A program made the translations under genes and the position numbers. From the NCBI RefSeq assembly GCF_006345805.1, contig NC_042998.1, forward strand, positions 56,606,001 to 56,670,000: a DNA stretch of 64,000 bases, read 5' to 3'. The notes under the pieces are model-generated. The model was not told the DNA's origin, made no database searches, and saw only the letters and a program-made list of their open reading frames with translations. This document shows positions 23,701 through 33,639 of this stretch, in pieces. Source of the DNA: Octopus sinensis (taxonomy: Eukaryota). The first letter of the stretch is position 1, and every line of letters starts with the position of its first letter.

Positions 23701-26700
23701 GTTTATCATCAACTGGTCTTCCAATATCTGAAACAGGTTTCTTGATTTCTACATTCTCAGCAACTGAAGCATTATCTATTGCTTTCGATAGCTGAGCATT
23801 TCTACTGGTGTTTTCTTCAGTTGATTGAGGTTTTGGACTTTCATGGCTACAGTCAACATTCTGAGACTCAAGCAGATTTGAATTATTCTCTGCATCAACA
23901 TTTGCAGTGCCAATCTTAGAACTACATTCAAAATGTTCTACATTATCGGACGATTTCTCTTTTGAAGTAAGACAGTTAGCAATTCCAGTTTCAAGAGAAT
24001 CAACAGTCTCTTTAGCTCCTGAAATCTTTTCTTCAGTCTGTACTGTCATCAAAGTAGTTTCACTATCTAACATATTTTTGTCAGTCTTTGTTGAGCCAGT
24101 AGCAACAGACTCATTTATCTGGTTGCTAATTTCAGGAGGGGCAACAAAATCAGAATCAGGGGTTCTATCTTTTGATTTATCTTGATCATTAAAATTATCA
24201 AAGGTCTCAGGAACTGAAATTTCAGCAATCTTTTCTTCAACTTTACAAGTATCCAAAATATCCGTGTTTTGCTTTTCATCAACTGGAAGTTGTATGCTAT
24301 TACTTTCCATGGTCAAAGGATAAGAACTATCATTTGGGGTTTCCACAGACTGGATGACATTAACTGATAAATGTAGAAATGGTTTCTCATCAACTGGTCT
24401 TCCAATATCTGCAACAGGCTTCTTGATTTCTACATTCTCAGCAACTGAAGCATTATCTATTGCTTTCGATAGGTGAGCATTTACACTGGTGTTTTCTTCA
24501 GTTGATTGAGGTTTAGGATTTCCATGGCTACAGTCAGTATTCTGAGACTCAAGCAGATTTGAATTATCCTCTTCATTCTTCTCTGCATCAACATTTGCAG
24601 TGCCAATCTTAGAACTACATTCAAAATGTTCTACATTATCAGACGATTTCTCTTTTGAAGTTAGACAGTTAGCAATTTCAGTTTCAAGAGAATCAACAGT
24701 CTCTTTAGCTCCTGAAATCTTTTCTTCAGTCTGTACTGTCATCAAAGTAGTTTCACTACCTGACATATTTTTGTCAGTCTTTGTTGAGCCAGCAGCAACA
24801 GACTCATTTATCTGGTTGCTAATTTCAGAAGTATCAACAGAACTAGAATCAGGGGTTCTATCTTTTGACTTGTCTTCAGCATTAAAATTATCAAATTTCT
24901 CAGGAACTGAAATTTCAGCAATCTTTTCTTTAACATGGCAAACATCCAAAATATCCGTGTTTTGCTTTTCATCAACTGGAGGTTGAAGAATATAACTTTC
25001 ATTGGTCGAAGTATCAGAACTATCATTTGCCGTTTCCACAGACTGGATGACATTAACTGATGAATGTAGAACTGGTTGCTCATCAACTGGTCTTCCAATA
25101 TCTGCAACTGGTTTGTTGATTTCTACATTCTCAGCAACTGAAGCATTATCTATTGCTTTCGATAGCTGAGCATTTTCACGAGTGTTTTCTTCAGTTGATT
25201 GAGGTTTAGGACTTTCATGGCTACACTCAACATTCTGAGACTCAAGCAGATTTGAATTATTCTCTGCATCAACATTTGCAGTGTCAATCTTAGAACTACA
25301 TTCAAAATGTTCTACATTATCAGACGATTTCTCTTTTGGAGTTAGACAGTTAGCAATTCCAGTTTCAAGAGAATCAACAGTCTCTTTAGCTCCTGAAATC
25401 TTTTCTTCAGTCTGTACTGTCATCAAAGTAGTTTCACTATCTAACATATTTTTGTTAGTCTTTGTTGAGCCAGTAGCAACAGACTCATTTATCTGGTTGC
25501 TAATTTCAGGAGGGGCAACAGAGCCAGAATCAGGGCTTCTATCTTTTGATTTATCTTGATCATTAAAATGATCAAAGTTCTCCGGGATTGAAATTTCAGC
25601 AATCTTTTCTTCAACTTTGTAAGTATCCAAAATATCTGTGTTTTGCTTTTTATCAACTGGAGGCTGATCCATGGTCAGAGAATCAGAACTATCATTTGGC
25701 GTTTCCACAGACTGGATGACATTAACTGATGACTGTGGAACTGGTTTCTCATCAACTGGTCTTCCAATATCTGCAACAGGCTTCTTGATTTCTACATTCT
25801 CAGCAACTGAAGCATTATCTATTGCTTTCGATAGCTGAGCATTTCCACTGGTGTTTTCTTCAGTTGATTGAGGTTTAGGGCTTTCATGGCTACACTCAAC
25901 ATTCTGAGACTCAAGCAGATTTGAATTATTCTCTTCAGTCTTCTCTGCATCAACATTTGCAGTGCCAATCTTAGAACTACATTCAAAATGTTCTACATTA
26001 TCAGACGATTTCTCTTTTGGAGTTAGACAGTTAGTAATTCCAGTTTCAAGAGAATCAACAGTCTCTTTAGCTCCTGAAATCTTTTCTTCAGTCTGTACTG
26101 TCATCAAAGTAGTTTCACTATCTAACATATTTTTGTCAGTCTTTGTTGAGCCAGTAGCAACAGACTCATTTATCTGGTTGCTAATTTCAGGAGGGGCAAC
26201 AAAATCAGAATCAGGGGTTCTATCTTTTGATTTATCTTCATCATTAAAATAATCAAAGTTCTCCGGGATTGAAATTTCAGCAATCCTTTCTTGAACTTTG
26301 CATGTATCCAAAATATCTGTGTTTTGCTTTTTATCAACTGGAGGCTGATCCATGGTCAAAGGATCAGAACTATCGTTTGGCATTTCCACAGACTGGATGG
26401 CATTAACTGATGACTGTGGAACTGGTTTCTCATCAACTGGTCTTCCAATATCTGCAACAGGCTTCTTGATTTCTACATTCTCAGCAACTGAAGCATTATC
26501 TATTGCTTTCGATAGCTGAGCATTTCCACTGGTGTTTTCTTCAGTTGATTGAGGTTTAGGACTTTCATGGCTACACTCAACATTCTGAGACTCAAGCAGA
26601 TTTGAATTATTCTCTTCAGTCTTCTCTGCATCAACATTTGCAGCATCAATTTTAGGACTACATTCAAAATGTTCTACATTATCAGATGATTTCTCTTCAG

Positions 26701-28536
26701 GAATTTTCTCTTTTAAAGTTAGACAGTTAGCAATTTCACTTTCAAGAGAATCAACAGTCTCTTTAGCTCCTGAAATCTTTTCTTCAGTCTGTACTGTCAT
26801 CAAAGTAGTTTCACTATCTGACATATTTTTGTCAGTCTTTGTTGAGCCAGTAGCAACAGACTCATTTATCTGGTTGCTAATTTCAGAAGTATTAACAGAA
26901 CTAGAATCAGGGGTTCTATCTTTTGATTTGTCTTCAGCATTAAAATGATCAAATTTCTCAGGAATTGAAATTTCGGCAATCTTTTCTTCGACTTTGCAAA
27001 CATCCAAAATATCCGTGTTTTGCTTTTCATCAAGTGGAGGTTGAAGAATATAACTTTCATTGGTTGAAGCATTAGAACTATCGTTTGCAGTTTCCACAGA
27101 CTTGATGACATTAACTGATTTCTCATCAATTGGTATGCTGTCAGAATTTTGATCTATAATCTTCAAGTAATCCCCATTTTCAACGTCAGTGGAATTAGTT
27201 AACTTTGCATCTTTAGGTAAATTAGTGAAATCTTCAGCATGATGTTCAGCCACTGTTTCTGGTTCTATACAAATGACTTGAGAAGATGGATTTTTATTTT
27301 CATGAGATTCTGAAAGATTGCCAATATTTTGATTATGGATTGCCTCGTTGAATAAATCAGAATTAATTTCAGGTTCTATATACTCCAATTTCTCGTGGAT
27401 ATTTTTATCGGAAATCTTTTCTGGTAAAGATGCTTCCTGTGTCTCATCAATCCCAATAATAGCACTTTCTGAATCTCTTTCACCAGAGTTATTGTTCTTC
27501 ATAAGAGTTCCAGCAACATTCAGTGAAGTTCTTGGTGACGACTCTAGAGATTTAAAAGCATCATTATCACTTGTATTATCAATGTTTAGATCTTCATTTT
27601 TGAAATACTCTGAAGCATCAGTGAAAAATTCATCATCATCTGTAATGACCAATGTCTTGCGGGGTACATTGTCAGGTTCAATTTCTTCAGGGTCGCTCAG
27701 ATAATCTTTTTCAACGAGTTTATCCACACCAGCAAAAGGTTCAGAGAAAGGAAGTTTTACCTTTTTAGGCTGTGCCTGGGTATCCCTAGTACTTTGCTGC
27801 ATTCCATCAGGCATGAGCAGTGCTAATGCAGACATCTGCTTGCAGAGCTCAAAAATAGTCTTTCCTGGTGTTTCTTTAGTGCTTTCAGGAAAGTTCCCAT
27901 TAGGGTTTATATTTTCATTATTAACAGCTTTTGTAGGCCGTGGAGTAGTGTTATAGTGCCAACTTTTATTTTGTTCTTTTTCTGGCTTAGATACACCAAG
28001 AGACGGAACTTTAAAGTTGTCATTCCTGAAAATAAATGAAAAGAAAGCACATATAAGGTAAGGTTAAAAAAAAAAAGGTGCAATATATAATTAGTGTACA
28101 GTACAGTTCTGACCCTTCCAAGAAAATGTTCTGCTTTGGAAGGCAAAGTTTTGTATGAAGATGAGCCAGAATGAATGGTAAAACAAAAAAAAAAAAGAGA
28201 CTCAGAATCACAAACTACAAATCTGTGCTTATTAGAATGCCATAGGATTAGTACAAACGTACAATTAAAGAAATGCCCTTTTTTTTTTTTTACCCCAAAG
28301 AGATAGTTTCAAACACCAGCCAAATCAATTTTCTTTCAATCTCCAGAAATTGTAAGTACCAGCATTACATTGGCTCAAGTCCTTTGACTAATTAAAACAA
28401 CGACTTATTAAAATGACATTACCACTATGGCAAATGCAGTTTAAATTTGCTGAAGAATTTAATTGCTAATCAATTACACTTACCTGTTTGAAGTCTTCAA
28501 GATGCCCAATGGCTTATTGGTAGGTATGTCACTCAT
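2138..28536 (-). CDS. TACC: TACC-family (transforming acidic coiled-coil, TACC3/D-TACC-like) protein; spliced CDS of 12 exons, 3' end not found in window
   Basis: Twelve exons join with GT/AG sites and matching phases (total 6,569 nt). The product contains RESLYVKFDPLL (cf. TACC3 SLYLKFDPLL), VLKYTEEDW at the start of the coiled coil, ELQTVQKAYSDLHRRFEKAKTIIESLKK|NEEMLK (cf. TACC3 [34 protein letters not shown]) and a long acidic N-terminus. Confidence 0.93.
2370..2462 (-). CDS. TACC: TACC-domain exon (IQDELQTVQKAYSDLHRRFEKAKTIIESLKK)
   Basis: Acceptor tctttcag|ATC and donor AAG|GTCAGT; strong match to the TACC domain core. Confidence 0.93.
3290..3546 (+). mobile_element. Short 3' fragment of the same RTE family with (GAT)n tail
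   Basis: Near-identical to about 6660-6945. Confidence 0.9.
3649..6948 (+). mobile_element. 5'-truncated RTE-clade LINE with an uninterrupted ORF (C-terminal APE, RT, PHD-like finger), 3' UTR and (GAT)n tail; antisense in a TACC intron
   Basis: Frame is open from 3649 (CNTNFRK...QIDYIL...QHRLVV) through the 735-aa ORF to 6129. RT motifs KAPGPSG, YRGIKLL, QFGF, FVDMEKAFDRV, GVHQGSVLSP, LYADDL and YLG are present. 5' end abuts (TA)n; ends in (GAT)n. Confidence 0.97.
6225..6662 (+). repeat. 159-bp tandem repeat (~2.7 units) inside the RTE 3' UTR
   Basis: GGGGCAAGCGAAAT recurs at 6258, 6417 and 6576. Confidence 0.93.
6955..7200 (-). mobile_element. Penelope-like element terminal-repeat remnant carrying a minimal hammerhead
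   Basis: Contains the motif at 7048-7082; a related degenerate copy is at about 53915-54085. The PLE origin is inferred from the hammerhead type. Confidence 0.55.
7048..7082 (-). ncRNA. Minimal type I hammerhead ribozyme motif (PLE-type)
   Basis: GTTT-CTGACGA-A-GAGC(TCC)GCTC-GAAA-CG-T-T-AAAC: 4-bp stem I, 4-bp stem II and a palindromic ACGT in place of stem III. Confidence 0.7.
7288..7355 (-). CDS. TACC: TACC exon (AEKQKRADDYTKGIDGSKKEVDL)
   Basis: Acceptor aattccag|CT and donor CTT|GTGAGT; 68 bp, phase 1 to 0. Confidence 0.85.
7405..8150 (+). mobile_element. Degenerate RTE LINE RT fragment
   Basis: YRGVKLLEHAMK, QFGFMPG, FVDLEKAFDRV, GVHQGSVL and CADDL motifs, broken by a stop and frameshifts. 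Confidence 0.92.
8200..8630 (+). mobile_element. tRNA-derived SINE, family A (CORE-like ccttgggcaagt, internal (TA)n(TG)n)
   Basis: A-box-like gtggctgtgtggtaag and B-box-like gggttcagtccc; many copies in the window; internal ~42-bp duplication at about 8390-8472. Confidence 0.88.
8702..8745 (-). CDS. TACC: TACC exon (KKVLDEYTVLMDHLA)
   Basis: Acceptor tttctccag|G and donor CTG|GTATGT; 44 bp. Supplies exactly the phase 2 to 1 change needed between its neighbours. Confidence 0.85.
9500..9810 (+). mobile_element. RTE-family 3' UTR fragment
   Basis: Matches about 6640-6940, with repeated ggcacgtaaaaagcac motifs. Confidence 0.88.
10023..10255 (-). CDS. TACC: TACC exon, start of coiled coil (VLKYTEEDWLKMKQ...LNEM)
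   Basis: Acceptor ccaatag|GTA and donor AA|GTAAGT; heptad-rich; 233 bp, phase 0 to 2. Confidence 0.88.
11323..11742 (+). mobile_element. SINE family A
   Basis: Full-length match to the 8200-8630 copy. Confidence 0.88.
11850..12047. repeat. Near-perfect palindrome (~96-bp arms, 6-nt loop at 11947-11952) made of two inverted hammerhead-containing termini
   Basis: The arms 11850-11946 and 11953-12047 are reverse complements with few mismatches; flanked by (TA)n. Confidence 0.93.
11951..12013 (+). ncRNA. Type I hammerhead-like motif
   Basis: AGATAA-CTGAAGA-GATGGCG...CGGCATC-T-GAAA-CTCAGAG-T-T-TTATCT: 6-bp stem I, long stem II, short stem III, and one extra nucleotide before GAAA. Confidence 0.55.
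12277..12336 (-). CDS. TACC: TACC exon (ADAIFFGTPLPQKKNSEIVQ)
   Basis: Acceptor acttttag|GCC and donor CAG|GTGAGA; 60 bp, phase 0 to 0. Confidence 0.8.
13055..13199 (-). CDS. TACC: TACC exon (SPPKSPDLIMMDSPTRKSMYQKVNPL...NNN)
   Basis: Acceptor aattccag|T and donor AAT|GTGAGA; 145 bp, phase 2 to 0. Confidence 0.82.
14436..14484 (-). CDS. TACC: TACC exon (NKRKSVSKQPALEKIK)
   Basis: Acceptor ttgttttag|AC and donor GAG|GTAAGA; 49 bp, phase 1 to 2. Confidence 0.8.
15294..15381 (-). CDS. TACC: TACC exon with RESLYVKFDPLL motif
   Basis: Acceptor cttccag|ATA and donor GA|GTAAGT; encodes INASRLCRESLYVKFDPLLGLNNTIDFDM. Confidence 0.92.
15775..16135 (-). mobile_element. Old SINE family A copy with CpG decay
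   Basis: Colinear with family A; CG sites are largely converted to TG/CA. Confidence 0.75.
16470..17200. mobile_element. Two older RTE 3' UTR fragments in opposite orientation (about 16470-16660 +, 16885-17200 -) flanking a SINE head (about 16735-16885 -)
   Basis: Both resemble 6770-6945 with CpG decay; (GAT)n and (CAT)n tails face each other. Confidence 0.75.
17791..17843 (-). CDS. TACC: TACC exon (GFICDDDDWELLNCDKTV)
   Basis: Acceptor attttgtag|GA and donor GTT|GTAAGT; phase 1 in and 0 out, fitting both neighbours. Confidence 0.8.
18404..18992 (+). mobile_element. Internally deleted mariner element
   Basis: HTH remnant MGKTQIKEWYNHFK...SGRPSTS; degenerate TIRs cacgaagtgcattcaaaaag and ctttttttaatgcacctcatg. 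Confidence 0.8.
19180..19880 (-). mobile_element. Degenerate CR1/L2-type LINE RT fragment (related piece at about 18085-18360)
   Basis: TGPDGFPAALLK...KPLQILFQ...PVLKEGSRADARPISLT..NKVMECIV. 18095-18155 duplicates 19286-19345. Confidence 0.75.
21941..22027 (-). repeat. Inverted copy (~1.2 units) of the 72-bp minisatellite, fold-back junction at about 22011-22027
   Basis: The reverse complement reads gatccccaactcatcagctcaacaagagaaagaagtccttcaggagac-atcctttccaatgtaagaagcagatccttaactcaccag, matching the array unit. Confidence 0.93.
22028..22450 (+). repeat. 72-bp minisatellite (~5.8 units) adjoining the giant-exon donor
   Basis: GATCCTTTC anchors at 22056, 22128, 22200, 22270, 22341 and (as TATCCTTTC) 22413; unit spacings 72, 72, 70, 71, 72. 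Confidence 0.95.
22450..28025 (-). CDS. TACC: TACC giant exon (5,576 bp): acidic, low-complexity region with six long tandem repeats
   Basis: Acceptor ttttcag|G at 28025. The frame is open from 28024 and continuous with the 1807-aa ORF. Donor ATG|GTAAGT at 22450/22449, phase 1. Confidence 0.9.
23019..27118 (-). repeat. Six tandem coding repeats of 669-708 bp in the TACC giant exon
   Basis: Unit starts (SVNxIxSVE) at 27118, 26410, 25729, 25060, 24367 and 23686; units are visibly highly similar at DNA level. Confidence 0.97.
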
Positions 28537-28556
28537 AATGGAGACTTTGCACTTTC
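28484..28556 (-). CDS. TACC: TACC exon 2, first coding exon; ATG at 28536, MSDIPTNKPLGILKTSN
   Basis: Acceptor ...gtcttaatatag|G and donor CAG|GTAAGT; exits in phase 2, matching the next exon. Confidence 0.8.
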
Positions 28557-28794
28557 CTATATTAAGACAGATAAAATAAAAGATTTGGAAATTTAAGAGA
28601 GATGATGTAATATTGATGTAATTAGCAATTTCATTTTTGCATAATTGTATGAATTTGTGATTAAACACATACACACACAACTACAGGTACCTAAAGGACT
28701 AAACAAGAATTCTAAATGTGCAGTTGGAATGATGCAGACTCTTCCAACCAGTTGTTTTGTCCAAGTTCAATCCTGATTACGTAGATCTATGACT

Positions 28795-28900
28795 AAAGAC
28801 ATTCTAGCCATTATCATCATGTCCAGCTTCAGTGGCATGGTTTCTATGGTTGGATGCTCATCCTTATGCCAACCACATTACAGAGTGTATTGGGTGTCTT
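28795..28900 (-). mobile_element. Degenerate RTE 3' UTR fragment
   Basis: Reverse complement resembles gtggttggcgttaggaagggcatccagc...tgatgat. Confidence 0.55.
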
Positions 28901-29356
28901 TCTTTGGTACCAGGACAATTGAAGTTGCCATGCAGTTTACAAGACTAAGATCCCTTTTGATTGAATGCAGCTACAATAACAAAGGTGACTTTATGATTGA
29001 TGAAAAGTTGAAGCATGAAATAAGGAGCCAGATCAGAAGTTTCTTGCTGTAGAGGAGCTACACATTTTTTTAAAGGAAAATCTAAAATTACATCATCCAG
29101 TGCATTCTTCCTCTCAACCGGTTTGCATCACTCATAAAATACACTGATATGCTGTGATGAGAAGTGAATACTCGCTTCAAGCCAGTTGCTCAATTTTGTC
29201 CTTACCAGTTTCCTCACAATTTCTTAAACCATAGCATGTTTAATATATCACTTGATATAAACAATATATCTTCTGGTGGAGTAAATTAGGCAATTATAAT
29301 ACTGAATTTATTTCATTTTGGCTAGGGTAAGGGACAATTTCCCTTGTTTTCAGGTG

Positions 29357-30152
29357 GAGGTAAAGATCATGGCCTGCACTCTGTCTTTGTTTGTTTTCTG
29401 TTTTTACAGGAACACACTATATTGAGGGTGGAGATTCCGAATCTGCAAAAAAAATCTGCATTTCAAAATTTAAAACCCCACCCCCTGCAGTTTCTTAATT
29501 TTCACTTAAAAAATTGTTTTTGGCAAAATACATAGAAAAATACGGAGATTATAATTTTGAGGGAAAAAATGTAAAATTTCAATTTAAAAAACCCCCACCC
29601 CTTCCCTCTGCCCTATGACAAATAGTGAAATTAAAATGTTTTCTCTTCTGTTTCATGACGAACATCCAACATGTTGTGGTTGAGGGTCTTTTGGAATTAA
29701 GAGAGGTATGTAAAAATTAGATTTTTTGCACACATAACAAAATGATATTTTAATTTTTTTACCCCCTTTTTGGTAATTCGTATTTAGAATGTTGATCTTC
29801 GGTTTAGCTGTTGTTTCTAGCTTTCAGATTGGGGCGTACTTAAAAATTGAAGATTTTGAAAAGTCCCAAAACATGTTTTCATTCTTTGCCACTCAGGCAA
29901 AGAAAAAAGGGGGTGGGGGAAATTTCACTGTCAACTTTTTTCAGAATAATAATCTCCGTATTTTTCTACGTATTCTGCCCCCGATTTTTTTTTTTTTTTA
30001 GAAAAGTGAAAATTTAAGAAATTGGAAGGTGGGGGATTTAAATTTGAAATGCAGGTCTTTTTGTAGATTCGGAATCTCCACCCTCGATATAGTGTTTCTG
30101 TAAAAAAAACCAAAAAAAAAAACCAAGAGGTGCGGTCCATGATCTTTACCTC
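29357..30152. mobile_element. Non-autonomous DNA transposon with long (~200-bp) imperfect TIRs in TACC intron 1
   Basis: gaggtaaagatcatgg/ccatgatctttacctc termini; cactatattgagggtggagattccgaatct mirrored at about 30060-30095. TSD not resolved. Confidence 0.8.
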
Positions 30153-30654
30153 AGGCTGTTTTTATTTGCATAACCTAAAACCACCAGATAATTTCTGGAT
30201 AAAACAGTCTGAGAAAGAGAGAATGCGTGATTCTGACTGCATCAAAATTAACGGTGACCCAACAATTGCTAGTCCTCAGTTAGTTATACTTGGTAAAGAG
30301 GTGTGTTCACCACCACACTGCTCCAGGACAAAAGAAGCCGACCCTTGCTTCCCTCACTTCCTCTTTCTGTTTCGGTAGGGAATCTCGGCCGTTGACGTCA
30401 CAACCCTTTCCTTCTGGTTCATCTCATCTCCACAGGAGATGTGATAAGACCAAACCATGCCAGAAAATGTCAACAAAATCACGCCCGCATCATTCATTCA
30501 AATATCAGAGTTATCTCCCTTGTCCGTCTAACCCGATTGCCAATGTTTATATTACGGGTATAATTTCAACGATCAATTGGGATTTATTAGATTCAGTAAT
30601 GTTAGCCCGCACTCATATCCTGTTATGGTCTACGCATGCATTAGCCAAGAAAAC

Positions 30655-31030
30655 TGAAGACGGGCCTCACAGAGGCCAATGACTAGTGACCGAGACCTCT
30701 GGCGTTATGCTGTGCTTCAGAAGGCACATCAAGTCAAATGTGGCCAATGCTGGTGTCATGTAGCAGGCACCTGCGCCGGTGGTGCGTTAAAAGCACCTTT
30801 TGAGCGCTGGGCCTCACGGAGGTAATTATGAATGACCGAGACCCTTGGCATTATGCCGTGCTCGAGAAGACCCACCAAACCAAGTAAAATTGCAGTCGTG
30901 GCACGTAAAAGCACCCATTACACTCTTAGAATGGTTGGCGTTAGAAAGGGCACCCAGCCGTAGAAAAGATGCCAAATCAGACTGGAGTCTGGTGTAACCT
31001 TCCAACTTGCCAACGGACGAGGAATGATGA
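30655..31030 (+). mobile_element. RTE 3' fragment with duplicated ORF end and shortened 3' UTR
   Basis: gggcctcac..gg...tgaccgagacc..tggc.ttatgc.gtgct occurs twice (about 30661 and 30810), followed by the common 3' tail. Confidence 0.75.
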
Positions 31031-31454
31031 TAATATTCGCAAAACAATTGAATGGGTAAGAAACATTCTGTGATGCAAAAATGATATAGTTATAGCATAT
31101 CAATTTTGTCAAAGTGTTACACTGAAGTCGCAAAAATATAGATTGTTTTCAATTTTGTTCTATAGTTAACATTACTTCTACACCTCCCTATATTTGTTGC
31201 ATTGTTCTTTCTATAATTTCAATGAGTCATAATGGAAAGGCAAAGAGAAATGAACCAATATTTTCTCATATACAATTGTATGTAGCTTCCAGTGCATGTT
31301 CATTTCTTTGGATTATGATAAAACCAACAGTAAAAAGAAGAGGCGACACATTTACTTAGATGTGCACCTTTATTATCTCTGTGAGTTCACATTATTTCAA
31401 AAGAAACTGTATAAATTTTACTCTAAGTGTAAATATATTTCTACATAGATTGCC

Positions 31455-31745
31455 TTGATGCAATAGATGAGCTACTGAGAAAGGCTAACATAGCGAGTTC
31501 TATTCCAGGAGAAAAGACATAAAAGTTACATATTTAAGATCTTGGAAGGACTAGCACCCAAGTTTGTGATTGAAAGTCACATCAACCAACAAACTGGACA
31601 TCATTGTATAGTACCAAAGCCCTGCCCTATTTGTGCTGAGTAAAGGCCCAATATTGTAACAGCTTAGGGCTCAAAGTCCCACAATTTTTTAACACCTTGC
31701 CAAAAGGTCTCACAGATCTACGAGGAGTAGATGTGAATGTGCTCA
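31455..31745 (+). mobile_element. Degenerate CR1/L2 LINE C-terminal fragment
   Basis: Remnants resembling the TYLRSWKD/ILEGL.P and SLGLKVPQ.FN.LP motifs. Confidence 0.5.
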
Positions 31746-31754
31746 AAGAACATT

Positions 31755-33000
31755 TATGAGAGTTGGCTGAAAAGTTAATAGCTTGACCAAGATACCCTCA
31801 GGGAACATGCAGAAATGTTTATCTTTCAATATACTCCACCTTGTGGTTCACGCTTCTCCCACCAGTGTTGCAGTACTTCGATCCCATTCGTGAAGGAGCT
31901 TCCATTCTGTTAGTCAAAAAGGTCATCAGCAGCAGATGACATCATCACTGCAATACTGGTTCCCAGTCAAGTGTTTTTCATGTTGGAAAACATGATAATC
32001 AGATGGGAGTGGGGGGGGGGAATGAGGAAAATAGGGAAGATGATCAACCAGTTCAAAGCTATGGTCATGCACAGCAGCATTTGAAACCAACGACTTGTGT
32101 GCTGGAGCATAGTCCTGACGGAAGAAGACTTTTTTTTGGTTAGTTTCCATGGACATTTGGTCTTAATAGCTTTCATAACTGTCTCATCAAGATGGCATAG
32201 TACTCTTCATTGATGGTGTGGCTCTTCTTTGGTGCAAGTGAAGAAGGGTGTTTCCTCTACATGGACGGTTTCTCTGGGTTAGGAAACATTCAAAGAAACC
32301 AGCTGGATTTGCCTCAAAACATCAGATTTTTCTGAGATGTGATCAGCCTGGTGTACTTTTGACCAAGTGTCAGATGTGGCACTGACTGAGCAGGAACCAT
32401 TGTTATGTCAAGTTCACTGTGCAGAATATTCTCAAATCTCTCAAGGGTGCTAATGGCATTAGCTATTTCACTTATAGTCAATTGCCTATTATCCATCACC
32501 ATGTAGTGAACACGATCAAGGTTTTCCTTGGTGGAGGCAGTTCTAAGACGTCCAGACATTGACTTGACTTGACCGCATTCACCTGGGGTGGGTTGAGCTG
32601 GCTTCATTCATCCTCAATGCTGCATCTCTCACAAACGCCAACCAGACCTGGTGATTTGAGGCTAATGACTGCGTGATCTCCAACCATTCCTTATTCCAGC
32701 GGTGAACGCCGTAGATATGGGGCCTAGGTTGGGTTCCAGATCAGCCTTGACTATCACCAGGTTTTTCGTTGTCCACCACATCGCTTTAGCCAACCCTGAA
32801 GGGAAGCTGCGGCAATTGCTTCGTAGATGAATTCTCCTGACATTGGGTTATCTTCAAGCCTCTTCATTCCCCGCCAAAATTCAGCAGCTTACTTTTGCAC
32901 TGTTGATAATGCTGGAACATCATCCCTTAATTTAGCAATCAAGTCAGCATGAATGTCCTTCAGGGCTAAACCTGCAGGTATTTGATAGCAGCATGGTGCC
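31755..33000 (-). mobile_element. Degenerate mariner transposon with a nested LINE fragment
   Basis: FFRQDYAPAHKS, LVDHLPY..P.PSDYHVF and SGRLRTASTKENLDRVHYMVMDNRQLTI; TIR tatgagagttggctgaaaagtt. Confidence 0.88.
32562..32838 (-). mobile_element. RTE-type LINE 3' fragment inserted in the mariner, with 7-bp TSD
   Basis: GACATTG flanks both sides (32555-32561 and 32839-32845); (CAAGT)n tail; C-terminal WLEITQSLASNHQVWLAFVRDA. Confidence 0.8.
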
Positions 33001-33639
33001 TACTTCAGCAGGATCAATTCCAGAGACAGGGCTGAGAAATAACTCTAAAATAAACAAGCATTAATGCCAAAAGAGGTGCCCCAGTAGGTCTACAGTCTCT
33101 AGCTGAAACCAGTAAAAGTATCGCCACTTTTGTACATGACAGTAACGAAACGTGTTACTTCATACCATTTGCCATGTATTAGAAGTGTCAGGAGTTGTGT
33201 TGGTCTGGTTTGTTGTTAACTGGTCTGAAGTGAGGACTGGTTAATCTATTTATTTGACTGCATGAAAAAATAACTGACAACCACCACAAACTTATCAGAG
33301 GATTTTATTACTGCACAGTTTTAAACTGTAGGTCTTTTACAAATGATAACCACAATAATTACATACTGAGAGAGCGAGACATACTGCTTGGAGTTTATGA
33401 CAAGGTTGCTAATACAGTAATCTGTGGCTAACCCATCACAACTGGAAAATAACTATGCTACATTCGTGGTGAGGGAAATTCCTGTTAGTTGGCTGGATGA
33501 GGTGCGAATGGAGATTATGCTATAATGTTAGAGAATATTCAGTTTCTCATTTCTCCAATAAACATGTAGCTTTTTTGATCTTGAACACTCATATAATTTT
33601 AAAAAAAAATCTTTTGACATTAGAGCCACGCAGGAGCAT

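Noticed and set aside
22842-27704. Repeated + strand ORFs (MPILELHSKC...) and alternative-frame - strand ORFs
   Set aside because: They are shadows of the giant-exon repeats.
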